Below are positions 1 to 9,842 of a stretch of 38,276 nt of DNA, in pieces. The notes beneath the pieces were generated by a model that was not told the DNA's origin, searched no databases, and saw nothing but the letters and a program-made list of their open reading frames with translations. Location of the stretch: the NCBI GenBank assembly GCA_902473545.1, contig CABRSG010000001.1, forward strand, positions 1-38,276. Reading direction: 5' to 3'. Positions within the stretch are counted from its first letter, which is position 1; each line of letters starts with the position of its first letter. The position numbers and the translations under genes were made by a program. Source of the stretch: an uncultured Lachnospiraceae bacterium (lineage in GTDB: Bacteria; Bacillota; Clostridia; Lachnospirales; Lachnospiraceae).

Positions 1-737
1 CCGCTCTCGTCCGTGAACGCAAATTCCTCTTCATCAGAACCGAGCGCCTCGATCAGACTCTCACGGAATTCATTGCTCACGTTTACATTTCCGCTCTTCG
101 ACTGGATAACATAGCGGCTGCACACAGCCACCGATTCGCCGTTCCGGGAGACAAGCCCTTCCTCACTCACCTCATAATCCTGTCCGTCTGCGGTAAACTC
201 TCCGCCGCCCTTCGAAAGCGCAAACAGCGCGCCGTACTGGAATTCCGGCGAGAAGGTCGTGCTGCTGCTCTCCGCGCTTACAATGTCGAGGTAAGCTGCG
301 CCGATCACCTTGTCACCGTCTTTGATGGAATAAAGCCCGTCGCTTTCCTTCACAACATCATAGGTGCCGGTTCCTGCAGTGATGGAATCCTTCTCCTGCT
401 GGATCGCAAGTACCGTCATCGCCTGCGCCACAGTGCCGTAAGCCTCATCAAGCTGAAGGTAACGGAATTCTTTGTTCTCCGTCACTCCCACATACTCTTT
501 CTTAATATATTCCCGGCGATAGAATACCTCATCCTGCCCGTAGGGGCTGATCAGCCCGCCGATAAAGGAAAACACAAACATAAGTATCAGAATAACCATA
601 CCGGTCACGGCAAGACGGTTGCGGAAAAAGCGCTTCGCCACCATCGCTCCCGGGGACAGCACTTTCACGCGGCGGTCGTCATTTAAGGAATATTGTTCCT
701 CGCCGCCTGCATTTGTATTCTTCATTTCTTCAGACAT
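1..737 (-). CDS. oppC: Oligopeptide ABC transporter permease OppC-like, 3' end outside window
   Basis: Read manually (absent from ORF track): ATG at 737 after GGGGGAG RBS gives MSEEMK...LSPGAMVAKRFFRNRLAVTGMVILILMFVFSFIGGLISPY, the OppC N-terminal signature; frame stays open to the window edge; follows oppB. Confidence 0.85.
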   Translation of the reverse strand, partial: MSEEMKNTNAGGEEQYSLNDDRRVKVLSPGAMVAKRFFRNRLAVTGMVILILMFVFSFIGGLISPYGQDEVFYRREYIKKEYVGVTENKEFRYLQLDEAYGTVAQAMTVLAIQQEKDSITAGTGTYDVVKESDGLYSIKDGDKVIGAAYLDIVSAESSSTTFSPEFQYGALFALSKGGGEFTADGQDYEVSEEGLVSRNGESVAVCSRYVIQSKSGNVNVSNEFRESLIEALGSDEEEFAFTDES

Positions 738-751
738 ACTGCTCCCCCTTT

Positions 752-1738
752 CTACGAAATGCGCACGCGCGGGTCAACCACAGCGTACATGATATCTGCC
801 AGCAGGTTGCTCACCAGCGTCAAAATTGCCATAAACGTCAGATAAAACATAGAAAACGGAATATCTCCGGCAATCATTGCCTGGTAAGAGGTATATCCAA
901 TGCCCGGAATCGCGAACAGCGTCTCCGTGATAAGCGCGCCGGAGAACAGTCCCGGCAGGGAATTTCCAATGATCGTTACCAGAGGGATCAGCGTGTTGCG
1001 GAACGCATGATGGTAGATAACCTTGCTCTCGCTGAGACCTTTTGCGCGTGCGGTACGGATGTAGTCGGCATTTAAGACCTCCAGCATATTCGTTCTGGTG
1101 TAGCGCATCAGCGAACCGACGCTGATTACCACCAGCGTGACGATTGGAAGCACAAGATGGTGCGCCATATCAAGAATACGCCCAAACGAATCCAGGTTAT
1201 TATAATTGCGTCCCGTCAGACCAATCAGGTCAAACCAGCCGAGTTTTACGGAAAATACAAGTTTAAGCAGGCTGGCAAAGAAGAAGGTCGGCAGAGAGAT
1301 CCCGGCAAGCGCGAACACCGTGATCGCGTAGTCCGCCTTGGAATACTGCTTTGTCGCCGCGATAATGCCGAGCGGGATTGCAATAATCAGCTCCAGGATC
1401 AGCGCGATAGCGCCCATCACAAAGGAAACGCCGATTACCTTCTGAAACTGCTCCACAACCGGAACGGTGAATTTCCAGCTATCGCCGAAGTTGCCGCGAA
1501 GCATTTCGCCGAGCTGCATGAAAAAGCCCGGAATGATGCCGACGTCCATATGGTACTGGGCATTTAACTGCGCCAGCCATTCCTGGTAGCTTTTCGAGCC
1601 GGGCTGCTGGCTGAGCTGCATCGCCATCGTTTCTACATAGGAAGCAGGGAGGCAGCGCATCAGTGTGTAAATAATGAAACAGACAAAAAACAGAATAACG
1701 ACTGAGAGTGCCAGACGCTTCGTAATATATTTACGCAT
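752..1738 (-). CDS. oppB: Oligopeptide ABC transporter permease OppB-like
   Basis: MRKYITKRL start, GNFGDS, EVLNADYIRTARAKGL (EAA loop), HAFRN, terminal DPRVR. Confidence 0.93.
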   Translation of the reverse strand: MRKYITKRLALSVVILFFVCFIIYTLMRCLPASYVETMAMQLSQQPGSKSYQEWLAQLNAQYHMDVGIIPGFFMQLGEMLRGNFGDSWKFTVPVVEQFQKVIGVSFVMGAIALILELIIAIPLGIIAATKQYSKADYAITVFALAGISLPTFFFASLLKLVFSVKLGWFDLIGLTGRNYNNLDSFGRILDMAHHLVLPIVTLVVISVGSLMRYTRTNMLEVLNADYIRTARAKGLSESKVIYHHAFRNTLIPLVTIIGNSLPGLFSGALITETLFAIPGIGYTSYQAMIAGDIPFSMFYLTFMAILTLVSNLLADIMYAVVDPRVRIS

Positions 1739-1772
1739 TCATTTTCCTCCTTTATTTATACAGTAAAAAAGC

Positions 1773-1830
1773 TCTGCATATAAGACAGACGTTTGCATCC
1801 CACAATCCAAGCGACTGCCTTATATGCAGA
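1773..1830. other. Long intergenic inverted repeat between oppA and oppB
   Basis: Arms tctgcatataagacagacg (1773-1791) and cgactgccttatatgcaga (1812-1830), 17 of 19 complementary. Confidence 0.7.
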
Positions 1831-1864
1831 ACAGCAAAAAATGCATATAGGCAATTAAAATCTA

Positions 1865-1888
1865 CTCTGCGGCGGAAACGCCGCAGAG
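1865..1888. other. Perfect GC-rich stem-loop downstream of oppA (likely mRNA stabiliser or attenuator)
   Basis: ctctgcggcg-gaaa-cgccgcagag, 10-bp perfect stem. Confidence 0.7.
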
Positions 1889-1926
1889 CAACCCTCATAA
1901 TTTCAGGGATTCAATTTTAAGTGTCT

Positions 1927-4236
1927 TTAGTTAAGCTCCATCTTCTCGATATCGTTGTACCATAACCAGTAGGTTGTGATATCCGGAGTAACGGTATCCA
2001 TGTTTACACGCTCCGTAGAGAAGATCAGGCAGTTCTGACGCTGGTAAACCGGAACCTCAGTCGCCCAGTCTACGATTCTGTCCAGACACTCTTTGTAGAT
2101 GATCTTACGGTATGCCTGGTCGGTGGACTGACGCGCAGCCAGGATCAGCGCGTCAAGCTCTGCATCCTCGATAGCGTAGTAGTTGTTGCTGCCGCCCGGG
2201 TTCTTTCCGCCGTTTGCAACGTCGGAGTAGTAGATCTGGTACATATCCGGATCTGCCGTTGCCTGCCATGCCATTGTCCACATTTCTGCGGTTCCTGCAT
2301 CCAGGTTGTTTCCGATGGTAACTGTACCGTCGGAGAGATCGGTAACGATCAGGTTGAAGCCGATGGTTGCCAGTGCATCCTTTGCCAGTGTAAGGATCAT
2401 GAAGTTCGGGTGATCGCCGATGCCGCTGCCCGGGATCATGATTTCATATTCCAGAGACGCGCCTTCCGGAGCCGCTGTCAGCTTGCCGTCCTCTACGGTG
2501 TAACCTGCCGCCTCAAAGAAGCCAAGCGCCGCCTGCAGAGCTGCCGCATACTTCTCGTCCTCTGTCATATCGTCTGTGTAGATCGGATTACCGTTTACGT
2601 CTGTAGAGAATGCGATCTTGTAGCCCTCGTCGGTAACACGCGGTGCTGCCCAGGAGGTATCGGAGATCGGGTAGTTGATCACGTTTGCCCACTCGCCGTA
2701 GTAGGAATCCATAGCCACGTCGCGGTATACGGACAGAACAGTTGCAATACCCTTACGCAGATTCTTGGAAGCGTCGGAACCCGGTTCGCCGCCAACGCAT
2801 ACGTTCTTCGCATTGATACCGATGTAGCCGTATCCAAGGTTTGCCACGGTCTTGATGGTGATCACGTCGCCGTCAAAGTCCTCGCTGCCGCCGTTCAGTG
2901 CGGTCATCTCATCGATCGTGTCAAGGCTGAAGGACGGACTTGCAATATCCAGTGTGCCCGCGCCTACGCCGCTTGCTTTATCTGCTTCCTGTACGAACTG
3001 GAAGTTGATGTATTCGATCTTCGGCTCGCCCTTGTAGTACAGCGGATTTGCCTTTACGGTTGCAACGCCGTTCTCATAGCTTTCGAAAGTGTACGGACCA
3101 GCGCCCAGCGGCTGTGTCGTGTGAGACTTCACGCCGGAGAGGTCGCCCTTCGGGAAACCGAAGTTGTTGTTGTCAACGTCAAATGCTTCTTTATCGCCAT
3201 AGTAATGAAGCGGAGCGATGAGGGAGGTTAACTGGTAGATCGCCGTAGCGTCAACAGAGGTTGTGGTGATCGTCATCGTATAATCGCCGGTCTTCTTGAT
3301 GCCGGTGATGGACGGAGCGGATTCGCCTGTCTCCACACCAATGCTGTATGCGTCGTAGTCTTCCATCAGGTCCTGAAGCGTAGCGTCTGCCTTTTCTGTG
3401 TCAGACATTGCAAGATAGTCGCCCTCATAAGCCTCTGCCATAGCCTTGAAGAAGTCTGCGGCTGTTGCGCCTTCATCCAGTGTGTAGCCCCAGTTTGCCG
3501 CACATGCTGCAACAGAGTCGCCCTCTGCGTTGTAGCCTGCTGCGATCACATAGTCTACGATAGACTGTGCAAACGCCTCACCTGCCTGGTTCAGATCTGC
3601 CCAGAATGCAGTCTGTGTAGCCTCATCCCAGTATGTGAAATCGGTATTTTCCTCACCGGCTGCTGTCAGCAGGCTGAACAGGGATTCCATACCGCTGCGG
3701 TACTCGGTCATGCCCTCGATCGGAAGTGCAAACACGGTGCTGTTTCCGTCGTAGGTCGGGTCGCAGTATACATAAAGTGAGAAGATCGCGTCGTCAATGG
3801 TCATCGGCTCGCCGTCGGACCATACAAGGTCGTCTCTCATCGTGATATTATAATCTACCGTTCCATCTTCATTTTCCACGATCTCGCAGTCTGCGATTCC
3901 GTAGTAGGTGTAATCCGTGCCGTTGTACTCACGTGTTTCACCCTCGATACCGTTCAGGATAACCGCACCCTCACGGTCTGCCTCCAGAAGGAACGGGAAC
4001 AGCATTCTTACAACGTCCTCATCGGGCACTGCAGTGTAGAAGAACGGAGAAAACTTTCCGTCCATAGCATCTTCGCCGTATACCAGCGTGTTTGCCGCTT
4101 TCTCAGCAGCTTCAGTAGCTTCACTTACCGCTTCGGTAGCAGCTTCTATGGTTTCTTCAGCAAATACACTTGCCACGGAACCAAAGCACATACCTGCCGT
4201 CAGTGTAAGCGCTAACAGTTTCTTAACATTAAACAT
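1927..4236 (-). CDS. oppA: Oligopeptide/peptide ABC transporter substrate-binding protein (family 5)
   Basis: Signal peptide, FSPFF, WSDGEPMTIDD, PLGAGPY, VPVYQR motifs; first gene of the opp cluster. Confidence 0.88.
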   Translation of the reverse strand: MFNVKKLLALTLTAGMCFGSVASVFAEETIEAATEAVSEATEAAEKAANTLVYGEDAMDGKFSPFFYTAVPDEDVVRMLFPFLLEADREGAVILNGIEGETREYNGTDYTYYGIADCEIVENEDGTVDYNITMRDDLVWSDGEPMTIDDAIFSLYVYCDPTYDGNSTVFALPIEGMTEYRSGMESLFSLLTAAGEENTDFTYWDEATQTAFWADLNQAGEAFAQSIVDYVIAAGYNAEGDSVAACAANWGYTLDEGATAADFFKAMAEAYEGDYLAMSDTEKADATLQDLMEDYDAYSIGVETGESAPSITGIKKTGDYTMTITTTSVDATAIYQLTSLIAPLHYYGDKEAFDVDNNNFGFPKGDLSGVKSHTTQPLGAGPYTFESYENGVATVKANPLYYKGEPKIEYINFQFVQEADKASGVGAGTLDIASPSFSLDTIDEMTALNGGSEDFDGDVITIKTVANLGYGYIGINAKNVCVGGEPGSDASKNLRKGIATVLSVYRDVAMDSYYGEWANVINYPISDTSWAAPRVTDEGYKIAFSTDVNGNPIYTDDMTEDEKYAAALQAALGFFEAAGYTVEDGKLTAAPEGASLEYEIMIPGSGIGDHPNFMILTLAKDALATIGFNLIVTDLSDGTVTIGNNLDAGTAEMWTMAWQATADPDMYQIYYSDVANGGKNPGGSNNYYAIEDAELDALILAARQSTDQAYRKIIYKECLDRIVDWATEVPVYQRQNCLIFSTERVNMDTVTPDITTYWLWYNDIEKMELN

Positions 4237-4267
4237 ACATTATATCCTCCTTGTGTGTATTTGAAAC

Positions 4268-4840
4268 TTACTTGCAATTATACTGTTTTTTAGACAAATT
4301 GTCAATTGGCGATACCTGTAAAAACCAATTTTTAGAAAATCTGTATACCCACAGCGCACAAAGGCACGCCATTGTCTCCAAAACAAGAAATAGTACCGCC
4401 ATGCCAGCCGCACTTTCTGTGCCATTTCGCACAAGATAGATCATTTCACCCAGCATATTCACCCCCGCAAAGGATGCCGTAAGCTGCGATCGCATCGGAA
4501 TTTTCTTCACCGCCGCTTCATATTGATATTCTCGCAGAGAATTTCCCGCCGAAAGCAGCGCAAACAGCGCCGTCCCCAGGCTCGCCGCCGCCACCACCTG
4601 CGCCGCGTACGGCAGCAGCACGTAAAAGCAATTCGCCATGCCCGGCGCCGGGATGCAGCCGTTTGTGATCATCGCCGCCATCATCACCGCCCAGACCGCA
4701 CCCAGCCTTATCGCCGCCGTCTTCCATTTTATATTCGCTTCATCAAACACATATTGCTTTCCGGTATAGATATATTCCCCTTTTTCATTCTTTTTAAACG
4801 CGTCCAGATGGGCGCGGCGTCCTTTTTTCCTTCCCGCCAT
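4268..4840 (-). CDS. Hypothetical membrane protein (about 4 TM segments)
   Basis: 190-aa ORF with AAAGG RBS and hydrophobic segments; co-oriented 32 bp upstream of oppA. Confidence 0.7.
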   Translation of the reverse strand: MAGRKKGRRAHLDAFKKNEKGEYIYTGKQYVFDEANIKWKTAAIRLGAVWAVMMAAMITNGCIPAPGMANCFYVLLPYAAQVVAAASLGTALFALLSAGNSLREYQYEAAVKKIPMRSQLTASFAGVNMLGEMIYLVRNGTESAAGMAVLFLVLETMACLCALWVYRFSKNWFLQVSPIDNLSKKQYNCK

Positions 4841-4914
4841 TTTTCGTTTCCTTTCTCTGAAAGCGCAGTTTCCCGCGCCGCTTTCCGTGGTTTGCAGAAG
4901 CTTTTTACGTACAT

Positions 4915-4971
4915 TTATATCATCTTCTTACGGTCTTTGCAGCGAGTGCAAAGACCTGTCTGAACTGTTAC
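4915..4971 (-). repeat. Dispersed palindromic REP-like repeat, family A, copy 1
   Basis: Core 4925-4971 matches the reverse complement of 35264-35310 at 41/47; internal perfect hairpin ggtctttgca-gcgag-tgcaaagacc; begins GTAAC on minus strand. Confidence 0.85.
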
Positions 4972-5017
4972 CATTTATTTCGTTGTAATGTAAGAACCAT
5001 ATCCTATAATAAAGCCC

Positions 5018-5045
5018 TTGTCAATCGGAAAATTTCTGGTATACT
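5018..5045 (+). promoter_or_regulatory. Putative sigmaA promoter of typA
   Basis: TTGTCA-16-TATACT with extended TG; overlapping TTGACA on the minus strand could serve the divergent gene. Confidence 0.55.
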
Positions 5046-5142
5046 ATATGAAGCGATGCCAGGAAGTATAAAACACGCAGAAATCCGAAAGCATCACTTG
5101 TTCAAATCATTCAGGAAGCTATATTAGGAAAGAGGGAAACAT

Positions 5143-6975
5143 ATGAATCAGGAAAAAATCCGCAACATCGCCATCATTGCCCATGTCGACCACGGAAAAA
5201 CAACACTGGTGGACGAGCTGCTGAAACAAAGCGGCGTATTCCGCGAAAACCAGGCGGTTGCCGAGCGCGTCATGGACTCCAACGACATCGAGCGCGAGCG
5301 CGGCATCACGATTCTTTCAAAAAATACCGCCGTATATTACAAAGACTACAAAATCAACATCGTAGACACCCCGGGGCACGCCGATTTCGGCGGCGAGGTG
5401 GAACGCGTTCTGAAAATGGTGGACGGCGTTATCCTCGTCGTTGACGCCTTCGAAGGCTCCATGCCGCAGACAAAATTCGTGCTGCGCAAGGCGCTGGATC
5501 TCGATCTTCCGGTCATCGTCTGTATCAATAAGATCGACCGTCCGGAGGCAAGACCTGCCGAGGTTATTGACGAGATTCTGGAGCTGTTCATCGACCTGGA
5601 CGCCTCCGACGAGCAGCTTGACTGTCCGTTTATCTACGCCTCCGCAAAAGCGGGCTACGCCGTGCTGGAGTTATCCGACGAGCACCGCGACATGACACCG
5701 CTTTTTGAGACGATCATCAACTATATCCCGGCTCCGAAGGGCAACCCGGACGCGCCGCTGCAGGTGCTTATCAGCACCATCGACTACAACGAATACGTCG
5801 GTCGTATCGGCGTCGGCAAGGTGGACAACGGTTCCATCCGCGTCAACCAGGATGTTGTGCTGGTAAACCATCACGAGCCGGACAAGCAGAAAAAAGTAAA
5901 AATCAGCAAGCTCTACGAGTTTGACGGTCTGAACAAGGTGGACGTAAACGAGGCGGGCACCGGCTCCATCGTTGCCATCTCGGGCATTGCCGACCTTCAT
6001 ATCGGCGATACGCTCTGCTCTCCGGAGCATGTGGAGTCCATCCCGTTCCAGAAGATTTCCGAACCGACCATCGCCATGCACTTTATGGTAAACGACAGCC
6101 CGCTCGCCGGGCAGGAGGGCAAATTTGTGACCTCCCGCCATCTGCGCGACCGCCTGTTCCGCGAGCTTAACACAGATGTCAGCCTGCGTGTGGAGGAAAC
6201 CGAGGAGACCGAGTGCTACAAGGTATCCGGGCGCGGCGAGCTGCATCTTTCTGTTCTGATCGAGAATATGCGCCGCGAGGGTTACGAATTTGCAGTGAGC
6301 AAGGCGGAAGTGTTATATAAGCAGGACGAGCGCGGCAAAAAACTGGAGCCGATGGAAATTGCATATGTCGACGTTCCCGAGGAATTTTCCGGTACCGTTA
6401 TCAATAAGCTGAGCAGCCGCAAAGGTGAGCTGCAGGGCATGAGCCAGGGAAGCGGCGGCTACACCCGTCTGGAGTTTTCCATCCCGGCGCGCGGTCTGAT
6501 CGGCTACAGGGGCGAATTCCTCACCGACACCAAAGGAAACGGTATCCTGAACACCACCTACGACGGCTACGGTCCCTACAAGGGAGATATCCAGTACCGC
6601 AAGCAGGGTTCTCTGATCGCCTTTGAATCCGGCGAGTCCGTCACCTACGGTCTGTTCGCCGCCCAGGAACGCGGCACCCTCTTTATCGGACCTGGCGAAA
6701 AGGTGTACTCCGGCATGGTCATCGGACAGAACGGCAAGACCGACGACATCGAGCTGAACGTCTGCAAGACCAAGCATCTGACAAATACCCGCGCCTCCGG
6801 CTCCGACGACGCCCTCAAGCTGACGCCGCCGCGCGTCCTCAGCCTTGAGCAGGCGCTGGAGTTCATCGACACCGACGAGCTTCTGGAGGTTACTCCGAAG
6901 AGCCTGCGCATCCGCAAGAAGATCCTTGATCCGACCATGCGCAAGAGAGCGGCATTTAAGAAAAACAATCAATAA
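5143..6975 (+). CDS. typA: Translational GTPase TypA/BipA
   Basis: [61 protein letters not shown]. Confidence 0.98.
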   Translation: MNQEKIRNIAIIAHVDHGKTTLVDELLKQSGVFRENQAVAERVMDSNDIERERGITILSKNTAVYYKDYKINIVDTPGHADFGGEVERVLKMVDGVILVVDAFEGSMPQTKFVLRKALDLDLPVIVCINKIDRPEARPAEVIDEILELFIDLDASDEQLDCPFIYASAKAGYAVLELSDEHRDMTPLFETIINYIPAPKGNPDAPLQVLISTIDYNEYVGRIGVGKVDNGSIRVNQDVVLVNHHEPDKQKKVKISKLYEFDGLNKVDVNEAGTGSIVAISGIADLHIGDTLCSPEHVESIPFQKISEPTIAMHFMVNDSPLAGQEGKFVTSRHLRDRLFRELNTDVSLRVEETEETECYKVSGRGELHLSVLIENMRREGYEFAVSKAEVLYKQDERGKKLEPMEIAYVDVPEEFSGTVINKLSSRKGELQGMSQGSGGYTRLEFSIPARGLIGYRGEFLTDTKGNGILNTTYDGYGPYKGDIQYRKQGSLIAFESGESVTYGLFAAQERGTLFIGPGEKVYSGMVIGQNGKTDDIELNVCKTKHLTNTRASGSDDALKLTPPRVLSLEQALEFIDTDELLEVTPKSLRIRKKILDPTMRKRAAFKKNNQ

Positions 6976-7022
6976 TAACAGAAGAACAGCGGCACATCAC
7001 TGCCGCTGTTCTTCTGTTATTA
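6973..7022. terminator. Bidirectional terminator-like hairpin between convergent typA and LacI genes
   Basis: Perfect 22-bp stem taataacagaagaacagcggca / tgccgctgttcttctgttatta with 6-nt loop. Confidence 0.8.
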
Positions 7023-7052
7023 ATCGACTGAAAATCCTGCAGAAATAATTTA

Positions 7053-8084
7053 TTATTCCCTTGATGGCGCAAAACCAATGGTTCCCCCCTCAAATAGCTC
7101 CACCGGCAGAATCTCTTTTCTGACCGGAAGCGAAGGATCCTGCAGGCGGGTGAGCAACAGACGGGTAGCGGCAATTCCCAGGCTGTTCTCCGGTTTGCTG
7201 GAGATACTGGAGAGCTGCATCAGATACGGAATGCTGGCTGTCAGATTATCAAACCCGATAATCGACACGTCTCCCGGAATACGGATCTTTCTGCTTCTCA
7301 GACAATTCATGGCGTGATACGCCATCTGGTCGTTGAAAGAAAATATCGCCGTATAATCCGCCGGGAATATCAGCTCATGTACCCGGTTCTCTTCTACCGC
7401 CGCCAGAAATTCCGCCGACGGAATAATCCGGATATTTCCCTCCGGAATACAGGCATCGCGCAGCGCCGCCAGCAATCCCTCTTCCCGCAAAGGCTGGGCG
7501 CCGTTATCAAGCGCTCCCGCCAGATAAAGAATTTTCCTGTGCCCGTAATCCGTCAGAATTTTTCCGGCAAGATAACCGCCCGCATAATCGTCGCAGCACA
7601 CGCTGTCCACCGGCATATCCGGCAGGTCGCGCCCTACCAGGATAATCGGCGTGTGCACCTGCAGGCTGCGCAGCACCATCTGCTGGTCATACATCAGCGG
7701 GAAAAAGAGAATTCCATCCACATAATGGGAAAGCGCCGTATCCAGAATCTCCATATTTGAATTCCCGTCTTTGTCCGTACACAAAATGATGACATTATAG
7801 CCCTGTGTTTTCAGCAATTCGTTTACCTGTGCAATAATTTCTGTGTAATATTGGTTCTTAATATCGTCAATGATAATGGCAATCAGATTGCTTCTTCTTT
7901 TTCTGAGAGAAGACGCAAGATTATTCCGAATATAGCCCAGCTCGTTCGCCGTATCCCGCACCTTCTGACTCGTCTCTTCTGAAAGACGCATATCTCCGCG
8001 GAGCACGCGGGACACCGTATTGATAGAAACCCCGCAGGCATCTGCAATATCCTTTAACGTAACACGATGATTTGCGCTCTGCAT
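7053..8084 (-). CDS. LacI-family transcriptional regulator (divergent from arabinoside locus)
   Basis: VTLKDIADACGVSINTVSRVL HTH, YIRNNLASSLR hinge, IPGDVSIIGFDN. Confidence 0.93.
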   Translation of the reverse strand: MQSANHRVTLKDIADACGVSINTVSRVLRGDMRLSEETSQKVRDTANELGYIRNNLASSLRKRRSNLIAIIIDDIKNQYYTEIIAQVNELLKTQGYNVIILCTDKDGNSNMEILDTALSHYVDGILFFPLMYDQQMVLRSLQVHTPIILVGRDLPDMPVDSVCCDDYAGGYLAGKILTDYGHRKILYLAGALDNGAQPLREEGLLAALRDACIPEGNIRIIPSAEFLAAVEENRVHELIFPADYTAIFSFNDQMAYHAMNCLRSRKIRIPGDVSIIGFDNLTASIPYLMQLSSISSKPENSLGIAATRLLLTRLQDPSLPVRKEILPVELFEGGTIGFAPSRE

Positions 8085-8352
8085 AAAAACTCCTTCTCTT
8101 TCTCATATTCCAGGCGTCGAACTCTTTAATTAAAGACAAAAGATGCCTTACGGCTCCCAGGGCCATTCATCCGCCATCGCGCAGGCACGACGTGGATTCA
8201 GGCCTTATGCCCCTGGCATTATTATCATATCATATCCCCCGCGGATATTGAACAGATATTTTTCTGCGCTATTTTTGCACAACACTTTATACAAAAACAC
8301 CATATTGTTTTTGTTGAATATGTTAAAACGACCAAAATATTTAAATTTAATC

Positions 8353-8381
8353 TTGACAAATTGTAAGAATAACGTTAACCT
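8353..8381 (+). promoter_or_regulatory. Putative sigmaA promoter of the sugar operon with overlapping LacI-type palindrome
   Basis: TTGACA(8353)-17-TAACCT; palindrome TAACGTTA at 8370-8377 with the central CG typical of LacI operators. Confidence 0.55.
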
Positions 8382-8423
8382 AAATACAACAAATACAATT
8401 TTCTACAAGAAAGGAGTACATTT

Positions 8424-9746
8424 ATGAACAAAAAATTAGTTACAGGCGCACTTGCTGCGGCAACAGCACTCACGATGGCTTTCGGCGGCACTGCGCTGGC
8501 GGAGGACGGATCCACCCAGGGAACCAACACTTTTGTGGACGGTGGAACAGACATGGAATTCTGGACCTTCCAGGAACTTCACGTAGCATTCTGGACCTCT
8601 ATGGCAGATGTATGGAATGAGCAGAATCCCGACAGACCGATCAACCTTACCGTTACCACAGGCGAATCCCATTCCCTGCACAGCAAGCTGCTGATCGCGT
8701 GCCAGGCAGGCGATGGTGCACCGGACATGGCAGATATCGAAATCGGCTACTACGGTTCCTTCCTGAAAGACGGTTATCTGGTTCCGATCAACGATGCTGT
8801 AGAACCTTACCAGGATGACGTTGTTATGTCACGTGTCACTATGTACGGTGATAAAGAAGGCAACTACTACGGCGTAGATTTCCACCTTGGTGCTACCGTT
8901 ACTTACTACAACATGGACATCATGAACGAAGCAGGCATCGACCCGGCTGACATCGTAACATGGGATGATTATGTAGAAGCAGGCAGAACTGTTCTGGAAA
9001 AGACAGGCAAGCCGATGTGTGCAGTAGAGACCTCAGACCTCTTCCTCCCGCAGTGTATGCTTCTTGAAAAAGGCGTACAGTACGTGGATGCAGATGGAAA
9101 TCCGCAGATTGCAACAGACGAACACGCTGAAGTTATCAATTACATCAGATCCATGCTTAACGAAGGCATCTGCATTATCGCACCGGGCGGCGGATTCCAC
9201 ACAGAAGAGTGGTATGGCTACCTCAATGGCGGCAACGTTGCATCTATTACAATGCCGCTGTGGTACATGGGACGTTTCACCGACTATTGCTCAGATCTGA
9301 ATCAGAAGATGGGTATCTACCCGATTCCGGTATGGAACGAGGGCGATACACGTGAAGTTCTTCAGGGCGGTACCGGAACATCCGTTATCAAAGGCACAGA
9401 AAACGAGCAGCTTGCAAAAGACTTCATCGCATTTGCGAAGCTCTCCGCAGAAGGCTGTACATATGAATGGGAAGAGCTTGGATTTGACCCGATCCGTACC
9501 GAACTCTGGGATGACCCGGCTATCACGGAAAACACGGACAACAAGTTCCTGTCCTACTTCCTCACAAATCCGTTTGATATTCTGAAAGCAAACGGAACGG
9601 ATATTACGGCACCGGATATCTCTGGTTCCTATTCCGCTACATACAGCACTCTGGTATCCACAACCTATTCAAATGCATTTGAATTCTCTGTAGATCAGGA
9701 TGCAACTGAACTGCTTCAGGGTGAACAGGATAGTGTTATTTACTAA
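8424..9746 (+). CDS. Sugar ABC transporter substrate-binding protein (AraN-like, arabino-oligosaccharides)
   Basis: Signal peptide, FWTFQELH, GAPDMADIE, GVDFHLGATVTYYN, MPLWYMGRF, GFDPIR; context of GH51 genes. Confidence 0.88.
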   Translation: MNKKLVTGALAAATALTMAFGGTALAEDGSTQGTNTFVDGGTDMEFWTFQELHVAFWTSMADVWNEQNPDRPINLTVTTGESHSLHSKLLIACQAGDGAPDMADIEIGYYGSFLKDGYLVPINDAVEPYQDDVVMSRVTMYGDKEGNYYGVDFHLGATVTYYNMDIMNEAGIDPADIVTWDDYVEAGRTVLEKTGKPMCAVETSDLFLPQCMLLEKGVQYVDADGNPQIATDEHAEVINYIRSMLNEGICIIAPGGGFHTEEWYGYLNGGNVASITMPLWYMGRFTDYCSDLNQKMGIYPIPVWNEGDTREVLQGGTGTSVIKGTENEQLAKDFIAFAKLSAEGCTYEWEELGFDPIRTELWDDPAITENTDNKFLSYFLTNPFDILKANGTDITAPDISGSYSATYSTLVSTTYSNAFEFSVDQDATELLQGEQDSVIY

Positions 9747-9788
9747 ATCTTTACGGATTTTCTAAATGAAACGCATATACCAAAACAG

Positions 9789-9822
9789 GGGTGTCGTAGG
9801 CAGAGCCTGCGGCACCCTTTTT
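9789..9822 (+). terminator. Stem-loop with short U-tract after the SBP gene (partial terminator or stabiliser)
   Basis: gggtgtcgtaggc-aga-gcctgcggcaccc followed by ttttt. Confidence 0.7.
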
Positions 9823-9842
9823 AGAAACGGGAGGAGCATAGA

